A DNA stretch of 64,000 nucleotides, from the NCBI RefSeq assembly GCF_009834535.1, contig NC_045697.1:13084001-13148000 (forward strand), given 5' to 3'. Of the stretch, positions 1 through 13,180 are shown piece after piece. This DNA is from Camelus ferus. Lineage: Eukaryota. The notes under the pieces are model-generated. The model did no database searches and was not told the origin of the DNA. It was given only the letters and a program-made list of their open reading frames with translations. The position numbers and the translations under genes are program-made. The first letter of the stretch is position 1; every line of letters begins with the position of its first letter.

Positions 1-1479
1 TCTCCTATGTTCCCCTCCTTTGTGTCTGTACAGTCCCCTTCGAGCACTTGAGAAGGGACATTTCATCCCTGATATTGTTTAGATTTGTCAGTGTATGCTG
101 ATAATAAAAAGGAAGCTGCTTTCTAGTATTACTGTTTTTCAGTTCTGGAGAGATAATGCGTCATTCCCCATTTCCTGCACCCTGGGAGGCAATCAGTGCC
201 TCACCATTGGTACACTCATGTGCCTCAGCCAGACAAAGTCAATTGTTATGGCAAATACCCAAAAATATCAAGTGATACATATATTTTTGCACAATAACAG
301 TTTATCTGTCACAGCACAGTGTAATATAGGTCTTTAAGGGCTCCGTTTCATGCCGTCTTTTAGAAATCCAAGCTCTTTTATCCTGTACCCCTGTACCCTT
401 TAAATCTTACTCTGTTCAGCCTGGGAATGGTGAAAGAGAGCATGACGATTTCAAGGGTCAGGCTGGTGAGTGACGTCTATCAGTTCTGCTCAGGAAGAGG
501 ACATAAAGCAAGCTGGGAGATGTGGACTACATGTCTACCTGGGGGTAGGAGGGGCAGTGGGTTCTTGTGAGCATACAATGTCTCTACTACACCCTGTGTC
601 CAGGATTTCTTCTCCCCAGGGCAAGGCTTACAAATAGGTAGGTCCCTGGCCTTGCTGAATACCAATTAATCATGTATTTGGCATAAATTTTTAGAAGCCA
701 TTATTGAAGTATTAGCACTATTTTTCTGGCATTTCCAATGCTAACTCACTTGAATTATCATCATCAGAAAAAAAAATCAAGTTACTTTTTAGTCATTTTA
801 TAGTTTATAAATAATTTTCACATCAGTCTTCTTATTCTAGCTTAACCATTACCTTATGGATGGTCGCAATCTATTTCTCTCCCTGTTTTATACGTGAATC
901 GCTGCCACTCAGGAAGGTTAATGGCTTGTACCCCTCATCTAGAAGCTGACAAGTCCTCTAAAAACATTTGCAATTCTGTAAGGGAGAACTGTGCCAGGCA
1001 CTTTCCATTTACCCAACCAATATTTATTCACCCAGTTTCTTTAATAAAAATAATTCTCATTTCATTCATACTTGCAGCAAATGGTAATTATGGTATAATT
1101 CAGGACAATGACATATAAGTAGAGTTTCTTCTTAAAAGGGGTAGGGTAGAACTGATTCTGCCTTCTCTTTTCTTCTTATAGTGAGCAAAGACTGCCAGAC
1201 CAGCTGATCTGATTCTGTGCAGGAAGGGATGTTGGAATATGAGGCAGATGTCCCCTGGTCTCTAGGCCAGGGCTGATACTGCCAGGCACAGGAAGAAATC
1301 TGTACTCTCCCCACCTTCCACATACACAGCACTCATAAAAGAGCCAGAGCTGGGGGTTGTCAGGGCTCTGCTTACTCGCCTCGGTGTCCACTCCCTCCTG
1401 CTCTCAGAGCAATGGATTTTAATTTGCTGCTCTCTCCCTTATGGGAGTCTCAAAGAACTCTGCAAGCATTGGGCTTATT

Positions 1480-1645
1480 CGTCTTCATAACATCTCTGAA
1501 CACCCCTGTGAAGTTACCAAAGGGCAAAGGAAAGAGCAGCAATAATTATTCTTATTTCACAGACAGGGGAGATTGTGACAGGAAAGTGATTCAATTAAGT
1601 TCTCAAATGAGTTGTGGAAAAAGACAGAAAAAAAGACCTAGATCT
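1480..1645 (-). mobile_element. MIR SINE relic
   Basis: 'ttattcttatttcacagacaggggga..tgtgaca' resembles the MIR core (attttacagatgaggaaactgaggc); degraded. Confidence 0.5.
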
Positions 1646-2779
1646 CCGGAAAAAAAAAAAAAATCCATTCCTCATCCCCTGGACCACTATTTTGCTTTTA
1701 TAACTTCCTCACTAAGGTTTTTAAAAAAAAAAAAAATGGTCTGGGCTTTCCAGCAGGTGAGTCAGGGGCATCAGATATGCAGGCTACACTCATTTACATG
1801 TATCTGCCTGTGTCCAGTGTCACTGTCTTTAAGGGGAAGCTTGGGGAAAATACATCCGGAGGTCGATGAGGCCAGAATAAGCCAACCCAATAGGAAATTG
1901 AAACTGAAATGTAAGCAGGGCTTACAGACCTCAGTTTCTCCATGTAGACATTATTGGGTAATAATATATTTTTTGATGGGTGGAATTTTTCTCTTTGCAA
2001 TCTCAAATTTGAAATGGGCACAGGGTACAATAACAAAGTCTACTATATTTACCCAACTCTTGTGTACTTTCTAGGAAATATACACATGCTCCTTAAACTA
2101 TGTTGGCTGAAAGCAAGCCAGTATTTAACGACCATTTACTGAAGGAAATTCATCACATGACGCGTGGTGGGGAAGAAAAAGGCCTAGATCAGTGATGCCT
2201 CCCCCTTCATACTCCTACATCAGACTCTGAACTGCATTGATCAAAGTCTCTACACCCTTCTCCCTCCTTTTCAACCCATCCCCGTGCTATAAGACAACAT
2301 CATTTTTCAGATTTTTTATCAAGCAGAGAAGTTCACCAAACTAAGGGCAACAATCAGATAGATTATGTGATGTGAGACAATAGAGAAGAGGCACCAGGTA
2401 GGGATCTCCTCTAAGTCCCTCTTAGTCCCTGCAGGTGAGCTTTGTGAACTCTGGCCTCTGTCACCTGCTAGTCTTCTGTCTTCGGCTACACTGTAATGTG
2501 TGCCATTTCCCAAGCATAAATGCATTTTATTTCCTTCAAGTGAGATGCATTTTTCCTCAAATATTATCTTTTTGTACTTAAGTCTTCTCCTGACTCCTAT
2601 TCATTTTCAGTTTACACATCATTTCTTTTTAGAAGTCTTTTTTTTTCTCCCTAAGGTTGGATTACATAGCCCTCCATTGCGCTATACGACACCTAATATG
2701 TGCTCCAAAAGTATTTGTTAAATAAATATGAAGCTTAATGTTCCAATATTTTTTAAAGTTAATATTTGAGATATGTTTC

Positions 2780-3290
2780 AAGAGCATCATCAAATCAAAG
2801 GAAAACTAGATAAAAAGCAAAGACAATCTTCAGCCAACGTATTTGTAAACCTTTATCTAGGAATCCCGTTTCCAGGAAATTTTCTTAAGAAAATAATCTG
2901 AAATTCAGAAAACAAAGTTTGGCAAGAAAATATTAATGGCAGCACTATTTATAACCATAAAACTTTTAAAGCAATTTAAATTTTCAAATATAGAAGTAAG
3001 GATGTGTTTTGGGGGTGGATTTTAATTATCTATTAAAATTCTTCTTATGAAGTTTATAACAAGAATTAGAATGCTCATACTGTAGTGTTAAATGAAGAAA
3101 CTAAGCTATAAAATTATATATAGCACTTAATAAAAACTTAAATGTTAAAAACCTCCAAATAACCACAAACTTGAAATAAGAGAGAACAGAGAAAAAAAAA
3201 AAAGATACCAAAATGTTTTGAGTAGTAGAGCTATACATAATTATTTTTCATTTCACATGCCTTAATATATTTTTTAAATGATAGGCTGTG
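2780..3290 (+). mobile_element. Ancient L1 (L1ME-like) 3' region
   Basis: A-rich; 'ctaggaatcccgtttccaggaaattttcttaagaaaataat' and 'gcagcactatttataac' resemble the L1 ORF2 end/3'UTR. Confidence 0.55.
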
Positions 3291-3560
3291 ATTAAAAATT
3301 AACTTCATTCAAATATGATTACTTTATAAAGAAGACCCCTATATTCACAATTTTCACCAAATACGTAAAAAAATTCATAAATGTATACACAGCAAACTAG
3401 TAGTAACACCTAACTGTATTTTAAAAGGCATAAATTAACTAATAGTTTAAAAATTAATGATTTTTGTCTTCTTTCCTAGCAAGCATTGTATATTTCTTGT
3501 GCGGTTCAACTGGCAATAGATATAAAAACAACATACTTCAGGAAAATGTCTTAATTTGCT

Positions 3561-4145
3561 TGTAGTGGACATCTGTTGTTTTTTTCCTGCCTGACATTGC
3601 TTTCATGTTCTTTGGAGATGGCATTCTGATTTTCTTTCGGGGACCACTTTTGCTGTCATTGCGGTCTCTGGGGTTTAAATGGGGATGGGCACAGGACTCA
3701 GGCCAGTGGGTCATTTTATTTCATTCCCGGAAACAGGAACTGATCTAGAGATGGGAAAAGAGCCAAAAAGGTAAACGTTAACAATTCTTAGGGTTTTACT
3801 GAAACTTTCAGGAATGAGATGCACATTTTCCTAGGAATCAGCACTAGTAAGAGCTGTGCAGACCTGTGCTGTAGGGCCCCGCCTTTGCCAACACGTGGAG
3901 AAAGTGTGCTGGAGAATGAGACTGTCTCCGAGAGCAGAGCTGAAAGCCAGAGAAATGGGTGCTTGGGGAGTGAGTGATACACAGAGAGAGAAGACGTGAG
4001 AGATAAAGAGAAATCCAGTTATTTTATTCAAGTTCTTGGATCCATTTGTGTCTGAAATAACTTGAGACACTACATTTTCTGTTTTTGTTTAAACTCTTTT
4101 GAGTTATATTTCTAACATGTGCAGTCGGAACAATCCTAATTCTTC
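3561..4145 (+). mobile_element. ERVL solo LTR, LTR33-like
   Basis: Begins 'tgtagtggacatctgttgtttttt..cctgcc' and continues 'gattttctttcggggaccac', matching the recalled LTR33 5' end. Confidence 0.65.
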
Positions 4146-5654
4146 ACGTTATTCTTGTGCTTCACAGACTGGTTCCTCTCCTATCCATAAACATAGCCAT
4201 CGATCGGGAAAGCCAAAGAAAAAGGGAAGTGTGAATGTTCCAACCTGGAAAGCAGCTTAAGAGTAAGCCCATTCTGTTAAAATAATCTGTCCTGAGTTGC
4301 CACAGCACTGAGGTCTCTGATCACGTTTGACTGTTTCACAGTCACCAGCCTTCAGCTTACAGGTTCAATGTAAAACACCTTAGATTTTTACATTTCTTGG
4401 GTAATATATTTGATTACATTCTAAACTCTGTGCAGAACAGTTTTCTTCTTTCCATGTTTATATTTTATGCCATCAGTAGTTTTCAAAATATTCTCTTCAA
4501 AAAGTGTTGCTTTCTTATGATGAATTGCATAATTATAATATTATTTTATTGAAGTTGTAGTAAAATATTCACGCTACCATCTTTTAAAGCAGATTCTTAT
4601 TTGCATGTCGTAGGGCCCCTCTCTCCGGGATTCATTGTTACATTTTGTTGTCTTGAAATGTTTACATCAAAAAATTATTTTTATTACCTTAAATGGAGAC
4701 TAAATGAGCAAAGTATCTTCTTTATGAAATACGTTTACCATATTCAGTTACAGAATTAAATGGGAACTATCAGGGCTGAGGATCTGAGAATATTTATGCA
4801 TAAATTCAAGCATTTGATTTTTAGGTTTTTAGATGATGAAAAGCAAATAAGCACCCACAATCTCTGAGTAAGAAGCTGCTAAGAATTTAATCTGGGTCTT
4901 TCTTTGAACTATGTTTTATCCATGAGATTATTCAATTCGTTCCTTAAGTAATAAATGACTACCTAGTGAAACGCCAACCGCCAGATAATTTTCCTGCAGA
5001 ATTTTAACAACAACAAAAAAAGTCTTCCCCTGGGACCCTAGTTGGAAGGCACTATGGATGCAGCACCTGGGGTGAACAAGGGTAATCGAGTTTATAATAA
5101 TTAATTCACAGCAGCTATTCTCTAGTGATCAAAGATTGAATCATATGCAAGTGTGGTTTTAATTTCCTCCTTTAAATGAAGAACAAGCAAAACTATAAAT
5201 CACAGATCCAATTCTGCCATAAATCTCATTTGTTCCATTGCTTGCTGACAGTCTGAAAGAAATATTCTATTCCTTGCATTCTTTGTCCATATCAGGTTCA
5301 TTATATTTTATTCTTTCCAGTAATATGTAAGCACAAGACATGCAGACTCTGACGCTGTTAGCAATGACTTCTCTGCTGCCCTTCGAGATTGACAGTGACA
5401 GGCAATCAGACATGCAGATGATACTGGCTTGTGTCTCTGTATTGCACTTTACATTATGAAGGAGACAAGATACATGCGTCACTACCCTTGAGGGGCCTCT
5501 TACAGAAATTTGTAGGTTGCATTGGACAAAACAGTTTCTGGCAACCTCAAGTTTTTAGAGTTTCTTCAATTTTGGAGCCCCCAAACTTTCCAGACACTAA
5601 ATTCTTTTCACCAGTTCTTTGCAACTCCTTATACTAACCAATAGGATTCACTGA

Positions 5655-5655
<1 letters not shown>

Positions 5656-5693
<38 letters not shown>
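5656..5693 (+). repeat. (A)38 homopolymer
   Basis: Uninterrupted run of 38 A. Confidence 0.95.
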
Positions 5694-5697
<4 letters not shown>

Positions 5698-6849
5698 TAA
5701 AAAAGACATGAAAATACCCTAAACTTTAATTTTTTTAATCTTCTAGAAACCAATATCTTCTAGAAGGTCTCAGATGCTTCAGATACTGAGAGACATTAAA
5801 GATTTTGAGCCAAATTTGTGAAATGTTTTCGTTTCTCTCCCAATCCTACTCTTCCTTTGAAGTTTTGCAGGTTTATATATAATTTTCTCTTTGTTTATAC
5901 TTTCAAATATCTGATATATTTTTGTGGATACATAACTTTTTCTATGGAAATGGCTCTGCTTGATGTAATAATCTAATAGCAGATAACACAGATGATTTTT
6001 CCTTTTCTGTCCAAAATAATGGTTTTGCCCCAGTTACATATTGATATGCAGAATTAAAAGTACAACTGTTCCAGAAATAATGAAAAACTTATGCAAGATG
6101 TCTTTGGTCTTTTATATTTATTTAACAGAGAAAAGTATGCGGATTTTGATCACAATGTGGTGTAAATTTGTGGTTTCTTGGTCATAAATTTGAAGGTAAG
6201 ATTATGACTCATCTTGAACTTGTAAAGATACGAATTTTTGCATAATATCCCCTAAAGTCATAGCTCATCATTTTGTAAGCAGAGAAACAACTTTCAGAAA
6301 GGCACTCATGGATTGCAATGCTAATCTCGGTCTATTTGCTATGTCTTGTTGTGTAAACCATCTGATTTATTAATTTCCTGGCTTTCCCTCAGGGAAAGCA
6401 GTTTTTTCTCCCCACTTACTCTCAAGGAAAATGTTGAACAACATGGACATTTGCTAAGATAATACAGTTTATTTGAAACAACACCAAACCAAGAGTAGAA
6501 TTGTCTGGGTCAAATTATTTAAATTTGTCTTCTTTCTAGGGATAAATTCCTCAGCATATAGTCACATCTCTGGGTTTCTATTTCCTAAAGTAGAAAATGA
6601 GGGATTTTAAGCAGTGAAAGTCTAAATTTCTTTCCAATTGAAGTAAACTATGATAAGAGTTTTGGCTTTCTCCTCTCCTTTTATGAGAAGCAGGCTGAGG
6701 CAAATTTGAGATGAGCAGATGTGCATATAGGGTGAAATACAAAATGGTATAGCGTAAAATACATGCCAAGCAATGTTCTTGGCAACACACATACACACAT
6801 ACACATATCTTGTGTAACCTTTGTAATTGTCTTCCTCATTGGGTAAGAT

Positions 6850-7005
6850 TACTATCTGCATTGTACAGATGAGGAAACTGAACCACAGAGAATCAAACAG
6901 AATAGTTTGGCCAAAGTCTCACAGCTAGCTGTCAGTGTCGGCACCAAGCTTGAAACACACAGGCAGTTTGACTACATAGTTGATGTTCTTAAACCCTGAG
7001 CTACA
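6850..7005 (-). mobile_element. MIR SINE
   Basis: 'cattgtacagatgaggaaactga', 'ccaaagtctcacagctag', 'tcttaaacc' are MIR hallmarks. Confidence 0.8.
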
Positions 7006-8590
7006 ATGTTAGTTTTTTTTTTTTTTTTCCCACCGAAATGTGATCATCTAGGTTCTTTATACATTTTGGTAAATTCTGGCACTGCTCAGAGATATCTGAA
7101 CGACTACCTCTGGCCATGAGCACCACTTCTCTAGGGACATCTTGCCTTCAAAGCATAATCCCAGAAGTCCTTCCTCATCATCATACCTTCTTTACAAAGA
7201 AGTAACTTGCTCCTAATGACAGAGCCACATTGGTGGAGAGTTATCGGTGTGTTTTGGTTTGTAGCAGCTAATTCATTTTAGTCATGGGAAATGGTCTCTC
7301 TCATATTTGCTGTACTCTAATTTCCTGAACAATATGTCCTTTCTCTCCATGTGTCTCCTCTAGAAGGCCTTCCTGGGGTTTCCTGTAGTATTTGTAATTC
7401 TTGTGGATTTTGCAAAGTGGTTTTGTGACTTTGTGTGAGACTTGAGGCAGAATAAAAATGTTAACTACTTACTTCCCTCATAGGAGGAAGGAATGGCCTG
7501 GATGATGATAACAATAATGACAATGATAAAGAATAGAAGGATTTTTTTTTAATTCGTATATAATACAGAGTTGAAACATTTATTTCCATTTTGGAAGATT
7601 TACTCCAGCAGCAGTACAACACAATGTAGGAAAGGATGCCTGAGTTAGGAAGACCAAGTAGGAGAATGCAGAAGTAACCCAAATGACAATAACAGTACAT
7701 TGAATGGATGCGACGGCTGTAGGAATGAAAACAAAAATTGAGGGAATTTGAGAAATATTAAAGCGAGGAACTTGGTAGAAGTTTGCAATTGGTTGCATTT
7801 AAGAGGATGAAGGAAAAGAAGTTGTCAAAGTAATGCCTATGTTTTTAACTTCACAATTAGGAGAATGGTGGGCAAATTACTTCACCTCTCTGAGCTTCTG
7901 CATATCCATAGGTGGAGCAGAGACGCTTAGCTGGTGAGCATATTGGAGCATTCTAGTGAAAGGATGCAAAAGTACCGAGAACGGGGGCAGAGGTAGGTAA
8001 CACTCATTGAAAAGATTATTATTTAATAAATTTTATTTATTGAAAAATCAATGGCTTAGCATGTAAGAAGTGTGAGAAGTCATCACAAAATAGGTGACAG
8101 TGTGAACAAAACGCACAAGGGTGAGAATGTGTATGACCAACCCCTATGCTTTTTTGGGATCTAAAAAGCCAAAACGTTAATAGTCAGAAATAATTTTAAT
8201 TTATGCTTCATTCTTGAGAAAAATGGCAAATAGCTAAACATACTTCTTATAAGAAATAAGAGTTTGAGAAACTTCATGTCTTACCCAGGGCCATGCTTGC
8301 ATCACCAGGGTGGGCAAGGGGATTGCAAACTAGGTATGCTCCTGGAAAGACCTTCAATACTCACAACCTAACCATCATTATCTGCGCACAGAGCATCAGG
8401 ACTACTCTCATTATACCCTCCATGTCTGCAGGCTGGAATGCAAAAGAACCACAGGGTGACAGTAGAAGGAGTTCATTGATGATGGCACACCCATCACCAA
8501 GCATAAGTCTCTAGACAGCTTTATTGAGAAGGGTTGGCATGCCTAATTGCTCACTCACCCTGTTCTATTTATTGAGAAAGAAGTAAACTT

Positions 8591-8950
8591 CTTAAGCCAG
8601 AAAGAGGAAGAAAAATACCATATGATATCACTCATATGTGGAATCTAAAAAAAAAAAAGACAAATTTATTTATAAAACAGAAACAGACTCACAGACATAG
8701 AAAACAAATTTATGGTTACCGGGGGGAAGGGGATGGTAAGGGATAAATTGGAAGTTCAAAATTTGCAGATATTGACTGGTATATATAAAACAGATGAACA
8801 AGTTTATACTGTGTATTTGACATCTTATAGTAGCTTACAGTGAAAAAGGATATGAAAACAAACACATGTATATTCATGTATGACTGAAACATTGGGCTGT
8901 ACACCAGAAATTGACACAACATTATAAACTGACTATACATCAATTTAAAA
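8591..8950 (+). mobile_element. 5'-truncated lineage-specific L1 (3'UTR) with TSD
   Basis: 'aagccagaaagaggaagaaaaataccatatgatatcactcatatgtggaatct...tgactatacatcaatttaaaaaaa'; TSD aaagaagtaaactt at 8577-8590 and 8951-8964. Confidence 0.92.
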
Positions 8951-10224
8951 AAAGAAGTAAACTTGTTATCTAAAATTACTGAATTTTAAGGTTTATTTGT
9001 TATAGCAGCTAGTTTTATTCTAATACACTATCCATTTTAGTCTCTTATTTATCCTCTTACCCGACCAAGATGTCCCCTCCTTAGGATCCCCTTAAGAATC
9101 TGGCTTCTCGATGCTGCCACTGAACAGCTGAAGCAAAGCCAGAAATCAGCTATCTCCACACATTTATTACATGAGATAGATACACTGTTACCTGTTTACT
9201 ATCACTTTCATTTTTCTGTAACTTGAAGCCAAGAGTGCTCCCAGTTGCTACACCATTAGTGAAGATGGATGAAAAAAAAAAAGTCTCAAATGTGGAATTC
9301 TGTATAAGTCTTGGTTATGTCAAGCAGAAATTAGCTCATTTTCTATGAGTTAAGCAAGTACCAGGTCTGTTCAAACAGGAAGAACAATTATAATAGCATC
9401 ATTGCCTCTGTAGGAAATTTAGCTTTTTAATCAAAATGTCTGTGATGTTTGTATCCGACAGATCTTAAGATACTTGGAAGTCTAGATTTTAAAAAATGTG
9501 AAAGCTGGCATTTTATTATGACTTAGCTCATCAATCATTTCTTCAGGTGTGCTAGAAATCTTGCTTACACAGTCTTTCTCTTTCTATAATAACTGAAATA
9601 TTGGCCAAATAAAATAAATTACATACTTAACAAATGCAGCATAAACATTGCATATAGCCTTGTTTCTTTGATAGAATTTAGATAAAAAGACCGAGGCAGC
9701 AATCTAAATGCTTAAAGTATATGTTTGGAAAATTACTTTAAAAACTAGATCTTGATATCAGCTTATTGATATGTCATTAGCCTTCTTCTCCTGGGGGGAA
9801 AATACAAGACAAAACAAACAACAGGGAAAAACTTTATTTTGTTAATTTTTCTCATTTGGATTCAGCAAAATAAAAATGACATTTTTCAGTGGCAAGCAAG
9901 TGAAACTGGAAGGATTATGTACAATAATCCATAAAGATTTCAAAAGAGCTTGGGAATTTGCTGTATGTTTCCTCCTGGTGGAAACGCTCACTTGCAAGTA
10001 ATGGAAAGCTTTCATCAAGCAGGATTGCACTTCTGAATCAAATTTGGTTGTAGAAATACTTCTGTGGAAGCTATAAGATTAATTTATTATAGAAATGCTT
10101 CTTAATTTTTTAACTTATTTGTTAACATGTTATTCCTTGAATTAGCCAATTTTATCAAGCATCCACATTATGAAAATCCTATCAAGACAATGGCCTTCCT
10201 CTGAGGAGAGAGTTTAGGACAACA

Positions 10225-10430
10225 AGATATATAATGAGTTTGAAGCCAGACATTCTTAAGTCTGAAGCCCAGCTAGGCTCTTCACTTCTTGTGTAACCTC
10301 AGGAAATTTAATTAAGGCTTTGACACTCTTCATCTTGTCCATTATACCCACATTATATATTTGGTGGGAGGATACGGTAAGACAGCATATACAAAAGTCT
10401 AGCTCAGTTCCTAGACCTGAGGAACATCCA
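10225..10430 (+). mobile_element. MIR SINE relic
   Basis: 'tttgaagccagac', 'tgtgtaacctcaggaaatttaatt', 'aaagtctagctcagttcctag'. Confidence 0.55.
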
Positions 10431-11270
10431 TGGGTATTTCTTCTTTTCTTCTTAAAGAGTTAACATTCATCACATGGGTGACAAGACAGACACCACACTC
10501 AAAAGAAGTATGGATAGAACACTGTGAGGGTGCACAGACAGCTTCCGGGGTGGGCAGGACAGGAAAAGAAAGCAGGAAAAAGATGACCTATGAACTGAAC
10601 TTGGAAAGAAGGATTTCAGCTGAACAAGGAAAGAGGTATGGATGTGTCTTCCATTGCTTCTTAGAAAGGGAATCTCTTTCTGCTTCTCATCCAGCAAAGT
10701 GGTACATCCTTTTTAGTATTAACTGCACATCAGCTTCGTTAATGTACTTGATGATTTGAGTTCTTCCTTATTATCCCTCATTATTTGCTGTCTTGCCCAA
10801 TTTAACCTCCTCCATCTGAAAACTGAGAAACTGTGTTTAGATTCTTTTTCATAGTTGTTTGGGTTAAGCAGGCTTGAAAGTGTTGAATCCTTAATGACCT
10901 GTCTTCATTATGTGAGGGAATTACATAATGCAGTGTACCAGCATGGCATTTAACCTTAAGCTTTAACTGCATTATTTCACCATTAGCCTTACGCTTTATA
11001 TGACCCCCATTCTTAGGATGATTGGAAGAGGCTCACTCTTGTATTACTGGGGGATAAATTAAATTAAATTAAATTAAACATCCCAAGTGCCTATCATGGT
11101 GGGCCAGGCACTTTACATGTTCATCTTTGTATTGTCAAGCCTACCATGGTACCTACATAAATTAGGCACTAATACATATTGTAATGAATAATTGCTGGGG
11201 GTTCTGAAGAATATCAACATGATGAAATGCTGTTTTGACACTCAAGAATTTTTAAAAATGATTATGAAGG

Positions 11271-11601
11271 TGTCCAAGTCCATTTGGGCCATTAATTAGG
11301 TGTCTTCTAGACAGCAAACACTTATTTCTCATAGTCCTGGAGGCTGGGAAGTCCAAGATTATGGGACCAGCAGATTCAGAGTCTAGTGAGAGACCTCTTC
11401 CTCATTGACAGCTGGCTTCTCATTCTGACTTCACATGGCAAAAATGCCTAGGGAGAACAGTGGGGTCTCTTTCATAAAAGCACTAATCTGTCTTCATGAC
11501 CTGAGCATCTCCCAAAGGGCCTACCTCTGATAGCATCACACTGGGAATTAGATTTCAACATATGAATTTGAGGGGTGGGAGCAAATATTCAGTCTACAGC
11601 A
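11271..11601 (-). mobile_element. MaLR solo LTR, MLT1A-like
   Basis: 'ttatttctcatagtcctggaggctgggaagtccaagat...gatttcaacatatgaatttgagggg...attcagtctacagca'. Confidence 0.85.
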
Positions 11602-12369
11602 GAGGGGTAATTAAAATATATCCGAATAATTCCACATGTCTGATTATATATGTAGAGATACAAAGTAGTATAGGAATTAGATGACTAAAAGGGTAGATGA
11701 CAACTGGGTGGGAAAGGAGGAACCAGAGACTTAATGCGAAAGGCATAGTTAAAGAAGAGTATTAACAGGTGATTAAGGAAGAATAGTTTGAAGTCCAGAT
11801 GTACAATTCACATGCATTCCTGCATGGTCCTCAGTAAGATACCACCATGCTTCTTATGGCTGTATCCTTCCCACATCATAAAAGCATGAAATAATCCCAG
11901 ACATATAGTAAATAGTATATAAGATGGTATAGCTTGTGAATTACATAGACAACTCAATTGTTAAGGCCAGTCAACTCTTATGAAACCAACAGGGCCTGCC
12001 TAGTAAAATTCATTTGTTGTTGTCATATGTGGTGGTTCTTACATTTAAAGGGAAATTGCACAGACAAAAATTATATTTTTTCTCATGGAAAAAATTACTT
12101 ATTAATCCAATGAAAATTATCCTAAACATGTCACACAAGTCAGAAGAATCCTCACATCAAGCATAAGGTAAGATACTTGGAATTACAAAATCTGGTTTCA
12201 AATCCAGGCCCACCATTTTTTACCTACGCGTGTAGGTTATTTGCCCTTTCTTAGCCTGTTTCAGTATTACTAAAGTAGCAATCATAACCTTTACCTCAAT
12301 GGTTAGGTGCAAATTAAGTAAGATTAAGGTTCATTAAATGCTTAGCAAATTTCAGAAACTTGGTGTTTA

Positions 12370-12680
12370 TGAATGAACCTATTTACAAAACAGAAGAAGA
12401 ATCACAGACATAGAAAACAAACTTAAGATTACCAGGGGGAAAAGGGGTAGGAAGGTGTAAATTAGGAGTTAAAGATTTGCAGATACTAACTTCTACATAT
12501 AAAATAGATAAATAAAGTTTCTTCTGTATAGCACAGAGAACTGCATTCAATATCTCATAGTAACCTATAATGAAAGAGAATATGAAAATAAATATATGTA
12601 TCTATATGTATGACTGAAACATTATGCTGTACACCAGAAATTGACACAATGTTGTAAACTGACTATACTACAATAAAAAT
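12370..12680 (+). mobile_element. Lineage-specific L1 3'UTR fragment
   Basis: 'atgaacctatttacaaaacagaa...cacagacatagaaaacaaactta...gttgtaaactgactatactacaataaaaa'; homologous to the 8591-8950 copy. Confidence 0.9.
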
Positions 12681-12689
12681 GTAGCTTCT

Positions 12690-13180
12690 TTTATATCAGT
12701 TACATTGTCTTCATTTCCAGCTAATAGACACTTCTAACTCAAATTAACTTAAAGATTAAAGAAATTTTTTATTATGTGTAACAAAAAGCCCAGGAAAACA
12801 CATTTTAACTTGGATCCTTAGAGGACCAGATTCTGTCTTTCTACACTGACATTCCTAATGAATTGTTTTTGTATGCTGTCAGGTTAGCCTTGATTATTCT
12901 CATGGCCCAATAGGGCTGCACCAGTTCCAGACATCACATGTAGACAGAGTAATGGCTGGAGGCATAAAGTGACTGTCTTTCCCAGCATCTCATTTTTTTT
13001 TTAATAGATAAGTATTTTCTAGATTAAACCTAATATCTGTATTTCCTTTCTCTTTGGCAAAAATGAGACATATGCATGCCTATAAGTCATCTGCCAGGAA
13101 GAAGATGGGATTATTTTTATCAGTATGAGTAATTCACTTGGGATGGAGTGGATTTTGAGGAGTCAAAAAATATCACTATC
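12690..13180 (-). mobile_element. Old MaLR LTR (MLT1K/L-like)
   Basis: 'ctaactcaaattaacttaaag' and 'ggctgcaccagttccagacatcacat' resemble old MLT1. Confidence 0.45.

Noticed and set aside
1412..2074. Longest ORF (220 aa)
   Set aside because: Runs through a MIR relic and poly-A tracts (poly-Lys); no recognisable domain
2311..2433. AG..GT-bounded exon candidate
   Set aside because: Stop codons in all three frames; no other support
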